Numbered from the stretch's first letter, positions 1 to 8,518 are shown. The stretch: DNA of 32,000 bases from Geotalea uraniireducens Rf4 (GCF_000016745.1 NC_009483.1:510001-542000), one strand, 5' to 3'. A program made the numbers and translations. Notes: a model not told the origin generated them from the sequence alone.

Positions 1-764
1 CCATTATCCAGGTATTTATCCACAACGCTTCTGGATATAAAAGCGATTCCTTCACCATCCAGTACTGCCTGGATAATAAGATGGAGGTCATCATAGATGA
101 TGATCTGTTTAAACTCCTGGCTGTCCCTCCCGACATTCTGCATATTGCTATCGAGAAAAATCTTGGAACAGCAACCCTCATTTCTGCTGTAAAGACGTTG
201 CTGCACGAGGATATCAAGATCTGCAACGGCAGATTCAATCCCGAGAGACGGCGCGCTGACAAAGATCATCTCGTCGTCGGGGAGAGGGAATGTCAAAACC
301 TCTTTGAGGTCGAGGCAGGCGCAGTGCTCAATGACCGCCAGATCGAAAAGATGTTCCTTTAATCCTTTGACGACCTTGTCCGGCATGTCAAAGAAAAATT
401 TCAGATTGTTCAGGTCGGCATTATGCATCATGAATTCCTTAAGAACGCTAGATAAATAAGCGATTCCGAAGGCCGGCGTGCAACAGAAAGATATCCTCGG
501 TTTGTTGCCCATTTCGGTTAATCCGTGCAGCAGTTCCTGTTCAATCTCCAGAAGTTTCTTTGCTTTATCGAAAACCAGACTGCCGGCTTGAGTCGGTTTT
601 AGAACTGGACCGGAACGATCCAGCAACGGATAGCCATACTGATCCTCTAGAAATTTGATCCGGCGCGAAGCTGCAGAAGGACTGACACAGAGGTTTTCCG
701 CCGCTTTGGAAAGGCTGCCGGTCTTGACCGCCTCGATTAACGTTTTGAGATAGATGGATTCCAT
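1..764 (-). CDS. LysR-family transcriptional regulator (C-terminal end lies outside the window)
   Basis: Absent from the ORF track because it runs off the edge. The reverse complement from ATG (762-764) reads MESIYLKTLIEAVKTGSLSKAAENLCVSPSAASRRIKFLEDQYGYPLLDRSGPVLKPTQAG..., a typical LysR wHTH followed by an effector-domain-like sequence. It is colinear with the paralog at 7345-8262 (shared ISFCCTP, DLA(V/L)IEHC, PLPDDE blocks). Confidence 0.85.
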   Translation of the reverse strand, partial: MESIYLKTLIEAVKTGSLSKAAENLCVSPSAASRRIKFLEDQYGYPLLDRSGPVLKPTQAGSLVFDKAKKLLEIEQELLHGLTEMGNKPRISFCCTPAFGIAYLSSVLKEFMMHNADLNNLKFFFDMPDKVVKGLKEHLFDLAVIEHCACLDLKEVLTFPLPDDEMIFVSAPSLGIESAVADLDILVQQRLYSRNEGCCSKIFLDSNMQNVGRDSQEFKQIIIYDDLHLIIQAVLDGEGIAFISRSVVDKYLDN

Positions 765-829
765 GACTTTAAAAAGCTCCCTGTGCGCATTACGCAAAGC
801 ATCGTGAGAATCATTCGCTTTATTTTTAT

Positions 830-2164
830 CAGTAACTTCCGGTTAGGTTTTTGCACGACGTTTCTTACGTTTCAACTGTCTAATTTTGTTTGAGTTACCT
901 TGTATTCTTGTGCGACGGCTCTGCTGTTCGGCTGCTGCTTCATTTGCAATCTGATTGCGTAATTCTCGTACCCTGCTAATGCTGACTGGCTCCTGGTGCT
1001 GCTCACGGCAATAGATGGCTAGCAGCAGATAGGTGATGAGACCACCAAGTATTTGAACCATGAGACCATATTCGCTTCTGGCAATCAGGTGATACACCTT
1101 TAGGTGGCGTTTCCACCAACCGAAGAAGGTCTCTATGTTCCAGCGCAGTTTATAAACCTGGGCCACTTCTTCAGCCGTCAGGTCGTATCTGTTGGTTGCT
1201 ACCCAGTAGTCCTTGCCGTCAATACGGTAACCAACAAGGCGCAGCTCTTTCTCAGTCTGGTTTATACCTTTGGTGCCGAGAAGTACTATCTGGTCATAGA
1301 AGACAATACTGTCAGGATTTACGGCATTCTCTCTGATGACGGTTTTGTGTGTATTCTCCCTGATACGGCAGACAAAAAACTTCTCGGCGGCCTGCCACTG
1401 GTCAAAGTGATTATGAGACTGATACCCACGATCCATGACACCGGTTTCGCCTTTGTCGATGATCTTATCAACAAAGGGGCGCTCACCCTCTTTACCGTCG
1501 GTCAGGAATATCTTCCTTGGAATACCACGGTTGATATCGAAGCCGATATGGGCCTTGGCCTTCTTAGAGCCGCTTCGGTAATCTGCCCATTCCATAGATA
1601 GAACAGCATCTATCAAAGAACCGTCTATGGATACCAGATTGCCAAGGTGAGCATATTCATCGGGAAGCACTCTGCCTGCTTGCTTGACAAGATGCCCGAA
1701 TACCTCGGAAAGCTGTTCAAGACCACGGTTGTTGATTGCCTCAAAGAAAGAGCTCTTTTTGATTCCCTTGGGGGGAGCAACACATTCCTTGGCGAAGTCA
1801 TCCTGATCCAGCGCCTGGAGAAGTTCGCTCCCGGAAGAGAACTCTTCCAAGTGATAAAAGATCAGGGCTTTTAGCTGATCATCGAAAGTCATTTGCAACG
1901 GGCGATACCCCCTGGATTCAAGTTCATTATCTGACTTGAATCTCTCAAAAATCGGGGTAAGAAGCAATTTGAAAGCGCGTGATTTTCGTCTTTGTTTCAG
2001 TCGTTTGAACGGTCGCATATCGTAACTCCTGTAATATTGGATAGTTACGAGTGCGGACCACCGTTTTTTTACTCAAAGTCAAGCAAATAATGCGGTATAA
2101 CGCTGATTTTACAACTTTTTTACATTCTCAAAGAACCTTGCAAAGACCAAACCGGACAATGCTG
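830..2164 (-). mobile_element. Complete IS4-family insertion sequence (1335 bp) with imperfect 25-bp terminal inverted repeats and a 9-bp target-site duplication
   Basis: Left end 830-854 is CAGTAACTTCCGGTTAGGTTTTTGC. Its reverse complement matches the right end 2140-2164 (GCAAAGACCAAACCGGACAATGCTG) at 19 of 25 positions. The identical direct repeat TATTTTTAT lies immediately outside both ends (821-829 and 2165-2173). The interior is visibly more AT-rich than the flanks and holds a single DDE transposase ORF. Confidence 0.85.
843..2018 (-). CDS. IS4-family DDE transposase
   Basis: 391-aa ORF. The C-terminal YKLRWNIETFFGWWK fits the Y-x2-R-x3-E-x6-K signature of IS4-type transposases, and MDRGY and IDGS acidic-motif candidates lie upstream. 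The stop codon sits inside the left terminal repeat. Confidence 0.85.
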   Translation of the reverse strand: MRPFKRLKQRRKSRAFKLLLTPIFERFKSDNELESRGYRPLQMTFDDQLKALIFYHLEEFSSGSELLQALDQDDFAKECVAPPKGIKKSSFFEAINNRGLEQLSEVFGHLVKQAGRVLPDEYAHLGNLVSIDGSLIDAVLSMEWADYRSGSKKAKAHIGFDINRGIPRKIFLTDGKEGERPFVDKIIDKGETGVMDRGYQSHNHFDQWQAAEKFFVCRIRENTHKTVIRENAVNPDSIVFYDQIVLLGTKGINQTEKELRLVGYRIDGKDYWVATNRYDLTAEEVAQVYKLRWNIETFFGWWKRHLKVYHLIARSEYGLMVQILGGLITYLLLAIYCREQHQEPVSISRVRELRNQIANEAAAEQQSRRTRIQGNSNKIRQLKRKKRRAKT

Positions 2165-2288
2165 TATTTTTATAGGAGTTTCAGGATATTTTCAACATTA
2201 ATTAATTGCAAATATTACTTCCGGGAGGTGCCAAAGCTTTTATTTTACGGGGCGTAACAGACATTTATGATTCTTGAGAGGAGGTATT

Positions 2289-4214
2289 ATGTCGGAAAAG
2301 GCAATTAAAAAGACGAAGCTGCTGTTACTTGCGTTACTGGGCGTTGTTATTATCAGCACCCTGGTGATATGGGGCTGTGGAACAAAGGGGTACGATAATC
2401 CGGCAGCCGTATCTGCGGCCAAGTATTACGCCAACGACGCCACGGTGAATACCATGATCGATCCCGCCACGGTAAACAGGTGGGTTACTCAAGGGAATAA
2501 AACAGACGACGGCAAGCGAGTCGTGATTCTTGACGTTTTTCCCAACGATACCGATACCGACAGCTGGTTTGCGGGTGATTCCACCCTGATAAAACAGCAG
2601 ATGATCACTCAGTACGGTGGAACCCTGAGCCCTCAATACAAGATGATCGACGGTCTGAAAAATGCGAACCTGCTGGGGCACATCCCCGGCGCAATTCCCC
2701 AGGTTTCACATGCCGGCTACGAGGTAGCCACCAGGAACGATGGCCCGATCGAGACCGAACACGAGGTGGGGACCGGCGCCTATATCGATCAGATGCTCCA
2801 GAAGCTGGGGGTCAACAAGGATGATGTGCTCGTTCTGACCACTTCGCGCTATGACTACCCCGGCTTCTGTTCCGCGCGGCTCTTCTGGACCCTCTACTAC
2901 TGGGGCTTTTCCAGAAACAATATCAAGGTCTTGAACGGCGGCAACAAGGCATACGCCCAAGCCGGATTTCCGCTTGAAACAGGCAAGGTGATTTCCACGA
3001 TCACCCCTTCCACGTTCAGTGTCACCCAACTTGGCCAGAAACATCTCGATGCACGGATAAGTATCGGTGAGATGATCCAATTGGTGGACAGCGGGGCGAC
3101 CAACCAGACCACGGGCAGCGTCGTTGTGCTCGATACCCGTCAACCACCGGCGGCCTACTATTTCCTCGATCAGGATAACAACGGGATTCCGGATGCATTT
3201 GAAATACCCGGATATACGATGTCCAAAAACTCCACGGAAGGTCTCTATTTTGTGAGGAATAGCGACGGTAGGCATGTGACGCTGAGCGAACTGCTCTTCA
3301 AGGAAACAACCCCTGCCCGCGTGGCGTTCAGCGGATCATCCAACCCTCCGATCACCCTTCCAAACGCCTTTATCGGGATTACGGCTCCGGCCGGCCCCAA
3401 TCCCAATGGCGGTGTCCCGCTTTCCTTCCCGCTCGGCAACAAGGCCGCCGCCTTCGAAGGAATCATCAAGGGGGCCAAGGTCACCAAGACCGGCACATAC
3501 AACATAACCGTGCCGTCTCTTTGCAAGCCGGACGGTGTCAGTTATCTCGACCAGGCTGCCATGAAGTCCGTCTTCGCCACCGCCGGTATCGACGGCAGCA
3601 AGCCGATCGTAGTCTACTGCAACTCCGGTGCGCTGGCCTCCATCTACTATTATGCCCTGCACGAGGTCTGCGGTTTCCAGAACGTCAAGATCTACGACGG
3701 CTCATGGCTGGAATGGGCCAATATGGCGGCCTATGAGCCTACCGATCCCACCTATGTGATGAACGACGACTACACTGCCTATCCGTCCTATCCCGCTCCA
3801 AGCCCGTCGGTGGTCTTCTATGCCGCGTCGAACAAGTACCTTGAGTGGGACGGGACCCAGTTCGTCGACTCATTCACAAAACAGCCAGTCAACGGGCTGG
3901 TCAAGAAGGGTGGCGCCCTCGGCGGCAACACGTTCTGGGATACGGCACACCGCTCCGAGCACGTGATGTTCAGGCCTCTGGGCTCCTTGACATACACGAT
4001 GCTTACTTCGACACCAAACAGTTCCATAGCTTTCCTTTATAACAACAAAACTTACAGCAGCCTGACCGACTGGGCTCCGATCGTCACTCATCCCGCCTAC
4101 AGCGGGGCAGGAAGTGAGATCAACAACACGGACAAGGCATACACCACCCCCGCCGGTGCATCGAGCGGCAGCAGCGGGCCTGCGCCCTTCATCCCCAAAG
4201 GTGGCGGCTGCTAG
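2289..4214 (+). CDS. extH: Rhodanese-domain outer-membrane lipoprotein (ExtH-like), long paralog
   Basis: GAGGAGG RBS 4 nt before ATG 2289. Signal peptide with lipobox LVIWG-C. Rhodanese-type modules (VVILDV...GHIPGAI, and a C-terminal catalytic loop VYCNSGALAS followed by YDGSWLEW). Gly-rich tail ending ...PKGGGC-stop. Confidence 0.75.
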   Translation: MSEKAIKKTKLLLLALLGVVIISTLVIWGCGTKGYDNPAAVSAAKYYANDATVNTMIDPATVNRWVTQGNKTDDGKRVVILDVFPNDTDTDSWFAGDSTLIKQQMITQYGGTLSPQYKMIDGLKNANLLGHIPGAIPQVSHAGYEVATRNDGPIETEHEVGTGAYIDQMLQKLGVNKDDVLVLTTSRYDYPGFCSARLFWTLYYWGFSRNNIKVLNGGNKAYAQAGFPLETGKVISTITPSTFSVTQLGQKHLDARISIGEMIQLVDSGATNQTTGSVVVLDTRQPPAAYYFLDQDNNGIPDAFEIPGYTMSKNSTEGLYFVRNSDGRHVTLSELLFKETTPARVAFSGSSNPPITLPNAFIGITAPAGPNPNGGVPLSFPLGNKAAAFEGIIKGAKVTKTGTYNITVPSLCKPDGVSYLDQAAMKSVFATAGIDGSKPIVVYCNSGALASIYYYALHEVCGFQNVKIYDGSWLEWANMAAYEPTDPTYVMNDDYTAYPSYPAPSPSVVFYAASNKYLEWDGTQFVDSFTKQPVNGLVKKGGALGGNTFWDTAHRSEHVMFRPLGSLTYTMLTSTPNSSIAFLYNNKTYSSLTDWAPIVTHPAYSGAGSEINNTDKAYTTPAGASSGSSGPAPFIPKGGGC

Positions 4215-4298
4215 TACCCGCGTGTCTGCTTGACTGCCGCCTGCCGGAAAAAACGGGACAGGCGGCAGCATTAACGAACGAAAAGGAGCAATCAAGCT

Positions 4299-5504
4299 AT
4301 GATTAATAACAAAAAAACCGGTATCCTCAGCGCGACCCTGCTCGGCCTGACCCTGATGACCGGGACCGCCTTCGCCGGTCCCCGCATCACCTTCGGCCCG
4401 GAGGACCAGGGCGCATTGCAGATCGACTATAAGGGACAGTTACAGATGACGGTCCGGGATACCGGATCAGGCGAGAACAATGACGATACCACCACCAATT
4501 TCAACTTCCGCCGCAACCGGCTTGCCTTCATGGGCAAGTACGGCGAGATGCTGAGTCTCTACGTCCAGACGGAATTTACCGAGGACCAGAACGTGACCAC
4601 CCTCGGCGTCGCCAGCACCAACCAGGGGACGGAATTCCAGCTCCTCGACGCGGTGATGCGCTTCAAACTGAACGACAGTTTCCATGTGAACGCCGGCAAG
4701 TTCAAGTACAACCTCTCCCGCGAGAACCTGGAAGCGTGCGAGATGCCCCTGACCCTCGACCGGTCGCTCTTCATCCGCACCGCCTACACCACCACCCGTG
4801 ACACCGGGGTAGCGGTGTGGGGCAACCTGTTCAATGACATCTTCCAGTACCGCGTCGATGCCATGGAAGGGCGCAAGGCCGTATCGGGCGATACCGCTCC
4901 CAGTTCAAATTTCCGCTACTCCTTCCGCGGCCACGTCACGCTGCTCGATCCTGAGAACGATTATGGCTACAAGGGCACCTACCTTGGAAAGAAGAAGGTC
5001 CTGACCATCGGCGGCGCCTATCAGTTCGAACCGGAGATAGCCTATGGCGATACGGTTACCAGAACGGACAAGAAGGACTACCAGGCCTGGACGATTGATG
5101 GCTTCTTCGAGTATCCCCTTGAAGGAATCGGCACCGTCACAGCATCCGCTGCCTATGAAGATGTGGACCTGGATGACGCCTACAAAGGAGCCAATCCCGA
5201 CGCGGGAACCATCGGCCTCAACGGGCAGAAAAACGGCTGGTACGTGAAGGGGGGGTACATGCTCCCGAACCTTCCGCTGCAGTTCTTCGGCCGATACGAG
5301 AAGTGGCGTTTCGCCGAACTGAACAACATTTCCGACCAGAAGGTCGACTGGTACGGGGGGGGCGCCAATTACTACTTCCGTGGCCAGAACCTGAAGCTGA
5401 CCTTCGAAGCGGCACACACTGCCTTCGACAAGGATGGGACGGTCAACGGAGTGACGAGCAAGGATTTCACGACGTTCGTCACCCAATTGCAGCTGATATT
5501 CTAA
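4299..5504 (+). CDS. extI: Outer-membrane beta-barrel porin (ExtI-like / OprO-P-like)
   Basis: AGGAG RBS. Signal peptide ...GTAFA/GP. Alternating hydrophobic pattern rich in aromatic, Gly, Asn and Asp residues, with a C-terminal ...TQLQLIF typical of OM barrels. Near-identical paralog at 9972-11177. Confidence 0.75.
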   Translation: MINNKKTGILSATLLGLTLMTGTAFAGPRITFGPEDQGALQIDYKGQLQMTVRDTGSGENNDDTTTNFNFRRNRLAFMGKYGEMLSLYVQTEFTEDQNVTTLGVASTNQGTEFQLLDAVMRFKLNDSFHVNAGKFKYNLSRENLEACEMPLTLDRSLFIRTAYTTTRDTGVAVWGNLFNDIFQYRVDAMEGRKAVSGDTAPSSNFRYSFRGHVTLLDPENDYGYKGTYLGKKKVLTIGGAYQFEPEIAYGDTVTRTDKKDYQAWTIDGFFEYPLEGIGTVTASAAYEDVDLDDAYKGANPDAGTIGLNGQKNGWYVKGGYMLPNLPLQFFGRYEKWRFAELNNISDQKVDWYGGGANYYFRGQNLKLTFEAAHTAFDKDGTVNGVTSKDFTTFVTQLQLIF

Positions 5505-5541
5505 ACGAGTCACAGCACAGACCTGATTAAGGAGAGAGACC

Positions 5542-5859
5542 ATGAAAAAATCATTCACACTTGTTGCGACATTGCTCATAACCGTTGTTTTAGCGGCCGC
5601 CTCCATTGCCGCCGGCACTTTTACCGGAAAAGTAACCGCAGTCGACGGAGAAAAAGTATCGGTTACGGTTGACAAGGAGCTCCCCGCCTGGGTGAAGAAA
5701 GGGAGCGCTGTTCAGGCAATGGGAGGTGCCCCGATGGTAGTCGAGGTAAATGGGAATGTGGTCGTGCTCAAGTTCATCAAGGCCAAGGCTGCCAAGATCA
5801 AAGCTGACAGCAGCATGACCATCAGTGAATCGTCCGGTGACGAGCTCCAGGGTTGCTGA
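5542..5859 (+). CDS. extJ: Small secreted protein (ExtJ-like) ending in a C-terminal Cys
   Basis: AAGGAG RBS. Signal peptide MKKSFTLVATLLITVVLAAASIAA. 105 aa. Ends SSGDELQGC-stop, identical to the tail of the paralog at 11226-11546. Confidence 0.7.
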   Translation: MKKSFTLVATLLITVVLAAASIAAGTFTGKVTAVDGEKVSVTVDKELPAWVKKGSAVQAMGGAPMVVEVNGNVVVLKFIKAKAAKIKADSSMTISESSGDELQGC

Positions 5860-5911
5860 CACAGGGCGCGGGGGGCAGCCCTCCCCGTGGCTTATTTATG
5901 AAGGGAGGAAC

Positions 5912-7273
5912 ATGATGAAACAACGCGTAACCGGTGCCCTGGCCCTGCTTGCGGCCTCCGCCATCCTGGTCGGTCCGGCCTTCGCAGGTAATGTCGGAAT
6001 CGGGCGGGACAAGACGATAGCCGCCACAATGGGGAAGGCCAAAACCCTTGCCGAACTGGCAAAGATGTACGACTCAAGTTCCTGCATCGAATGTCATCAG
6101 GACAAGCACGACGAATCGCAGAAGTCCATACATTCGCGCTCCATCTTCGGTACGGCGCGGACGGCGCTGACCATAATGACCACCATCGAGAACGGTCTCA
6201 TGGAAGAGCCGTACTCGGGGGTGAAGAGCCCGAAGGACGTCAAGGTGGAACACCTGATGGGGTGCGCCAAGTGCCATCTGCCGCAACTGGCCGATGCCGA
6301 TGACTCGGTGGCCCAGGAGATCGTTACCACCCTATACGACTGGAAGACCGCCCTGAAGAAGAAAGACAAGGTTGCGGCAATGAAAGAAGAAGAAAAACTC
6401 AAGAGCGTCAGTATCAACTGTCTTATCTGCCACAACCGCAATGCCATCACCCACAAGTGGCAGGACGGCTATGCGAAGGCGGGGGTGATCTACGGCTCAA
6501 AGGACGGTGACCACCCTTCGGACAAGTTTCCCAAGATGGCAGTAAGTCCCATCATGAGCGAAGCTATCCAGTGCGGTCAATGTCACGGCATGGGACCGAA
6601 CCTGGAACTGGATGAGCCGACCCAGTGTTGTACGAGTTACGGCAGCTATCTCTGGGCCTACAAGTCCGAGATAGGGCAGAAGAACTGCCAGGACTGCCAC
6701 ATGAGGGAGAGCAAGCTCGGCCACAACATCCAGGCTTACCGTGACCCGGCGATGGCCAAGGCGGCGGTGGATTTCAAGACCGAAACATTCGGTTACTACT
6801 GGCGTGACGGAGCAGACATCAAACCGAAAGCGGTGGTCAAGGTGGAAATGATCAACCGGGCCGGACACTCCATCCCTGATGGCTGACCGACCCCCAACCG
6901 ACTGGTTCTGTCGGTAATAGCAAAAACGAAGGATGGCAAAGAAGTGTTCAACCAGGAGAAGATCTACATGCCGGTACCGCAGCAGTTGGGTCGTGGCGAC
7001 CGGATGGGGCGCGGCCCCTACGAAAAGAGCGGGTTGATTGAAGACACCGGGTTGCCGCCGGGCAAAGCAGTCCACGAGCGTTTCGATATCATGTTCCCGA
7101 TTGAAGAGGTGGAAGTGGACGGCAAGTTTGTCAACAAACCCGCGACCTACGACCTGGACGTCGAGGTGAAGCTCTGGTATCTCCCGTTCGGCCCGCTCGG
7201 AAAGCCGAGCAGCGATCCGTTTCTATGGCGGGAGTTCAGCAAGACCGTCAGCATCAGCATCAAAGGGAAGTAA
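5912..7273 (+). CDS. extKL: Pentaheme c-type cytochrome, predicted selenoprotein (TGA 6884-6886 read as Sec); fusion of track ORFs 5825-6886 and 6944-7273
   Basis: GGGAGGA RBS before ATG 5912. Signal peptide ...GPAFA/G. Five CXXCH motifs (CIECH, CAKCH, CLICH, CGQCH, CQDCH). The downstream track ORF is in the same frame (6944-5825 = 1119 = 3 x 373). Codons 6887-6943 are open and have no RBS of their own. The same architecture is present in the paralog. Confidence 0.75.
6884..6915 (+). promoter_or_regulatory. Candidate bacterial SECIS: UGA plus downstream stem-loop
   Basis: TGA at 6884-6886. Stem ACCGAC (6897-6902), loop TGGTTCT (6903-6909), stem GTCGGT (6910-6915). The GGUU in the loop lies about 20 nt from the UGA. 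The sequence is identical in the paralog. Confidence 0.6.
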
Positions 7274-7308
7274 CAACAGGTTTCACAGTATTACCTCCTT
7301 CATGTGAT

Positions 7309-7336
7309 GCCGGCGCGAAAACGCCGGCTTTTTTTT
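7309..7336 (+). terminator. Rho-independent terminator after module 1
   Basis: GCCGGCG-CGAAAA-CGCCGGC perfect 7-bp stem followed by T8. Confidence 0.8.
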
Positions 7337-7344
7337 ACATACTG

Positions 7345-8262
7345 CTACGCAGGGAAATTTATGGGGCGTGTCAAGTCGAATGCTGCAAAAAGGCAATCAA
7401 TGAAAACCTGGAGAGAAGGGGACAATTCCTGGCGGGCAAGTATCAGGGTGCGTGGCCGGCAGTGGCTGAATTCGCTGACTCGGTGGCCCCGAAGCAGGCC
7501 GCTTCGCAGCTCTTCCGCAACAATGCCGCTCGATGCGAACATGATCCCTTTGCCGGCAAGGACCTCACGGATGATGAAGGTGAAATCGTCGAAATAGACC
7601 ACGCTCGAGAATTCGCCGCAGGTGCGGCCGACCGTCCGCAGGTTCTTGTCGATGAACCGCTTCGCGCACCCCTTTTCGTTCTTCAGGTAAAGGCGTTCGC
7701 CGAAGAGCCGGTCGATGGTGGTTTCTTTCGCGGCGATGCCTAGTGCGGGAGCACTGAAAAACAGCACTTCGTCGTCGGGGAGGGGATGGGTGGCGTGGCT
7801 TTTCAGGTCGACCTCGTCGCAGTGTTCGATCAGGGCGAGGTCGAAGCGGCCGCTGTCGATTCCCACAAGCGCCTCCTCGGGCATGGCGAAGACGCAGTTC
7901 AGGTCGACGGTGGTGGCGTGGTCGGCAACAAAAGAAGAAAGGACACTGGGCAGACGGTCGATGCCGAGGGACGGGGTGCAGCAGAAGGAGATTTTCTGTT
8001 TGCCCTTGCTGATGTCGAGGCTGTCGAGGAGTTCCCGCTCGAGGTCAAGGATCTTGCGAGCCTTGTCGATCAGCATGTGCCCGGCATCCGTCAGCACGAG
8101 CGATGCTCCGGACCTTTCCATGAGCGGTTTGCCCACGTAATCCTCGAGTTGCTTGATACGACGCGAAACCGCCGACTGGGTGACGAAAAGGACGGCCGCG
8201 GCCTTGGAGATGTTACCGACGGCTGCAACCTTCAGGAAGGTTTTGAGAAGTACGAGATCCAT
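7345..8262 (-). CDS. LysR-family transcriptional regulator, divergent from module 2
   Basis: wHTH ISKAAAVLFVTQSAVSRRIKQLEDYVGKPLMERSG. The start is probably ATG 8262 (MDLVLLKTF..., aligning with MESIYLKTL of the paralog; purine-rich AGAGGG 7 nt upstream). The track start at 8325 is probably an over-extension. Confidence 0.85.
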   Translation of the reverse strand: MDLVLLKTFLKVAAVGNISKAAAVLFVTQSAVSRRIKQLEDYVGKPLMERSGASLVLTDAGHMLIDKARKILDLERELLDSLDISKGKQKISFCCTPSLGIDRLPSVLSSFVADHATTVDLNCVFAMPEEALVGIDSGRFDLALIEHCDEVDLKSHATHPLPDDEVLFFSAPALGIAAKETTIDRLFGERLYLKNEKGCAKRFIDKNLRTVGRTCGEFSSVVYFDDFTFIIREVLAGKGIMFASSGIVAEELRSGLLRGHRVSEFSHCRPRTLILARQELSPSLQVFIDCLFAAFDLTRPINFPA

Positions 8263-8298
8263 GGCCATGCCCTCTTCAAAGTGCCGGTATGCGCGTTG

Positions 8299-8315
8299 CG
8301 CATGCCGATCATGCG
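8299..8315. promoter_or_regulatory. Palindrome CGCATG-N5-CATGCG in the LysR / module-2 divergent region (candidate LysR operator)
   Basis: Perfect 6-5-6 inverted repeat about 40 bp upstream of the LysR start. A related TGCGCAT...CATTC.CTT string occurs upstream of the other LysR gene (783-819). Confidence 0.3.
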
Positions 8316-8518
8316 AAACATTCACTTACGGTTATCCCAAAAAAACCGATATAGTGCAATAAAGAAATATAATGCGAATTGGGTTACTAAATAATATTCA
8401 TATTGTTTGGTGGAGTCGGCGGTGTTTCCCGGCAAGCCGGGGTCTCACCGGCGCTGCACAAGATGCTGCCGTCAGCCGGATTCGTCCGGGACGGAAATTT
8501 CATTAATAGGGAGGTCGT

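Noticed and set aside
81-362. 93-aa plus-strand ORF at the left edge
   Set aside because: It lies entirely antisense to a clear LysR-family coding sequence (1-764, minus strand). It has no RBS or recognisable motif.
834-842. ACTTCCGG repeated at 835-842 and 2217-2224 as a possible target-site duplication of the IS
   Set aside because: The left copy is actually part of the terminal inverted repeat. The true ends, defined by the 19/25 IR match, are flanked by a perfect 9-bp TATTTTTAT duplication instead.
6944-7273. Independent 109-aa gene (and its twin at 12635-12955) as drawn in the ORF track
   Set aside because: It is in the same frame as the upstream pentaheme ORF. The codons between the TGA and the GTG are open and conserved, and there is no RBS. 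It is better explained as the C-terminal domain of a Sec-containing fusion.
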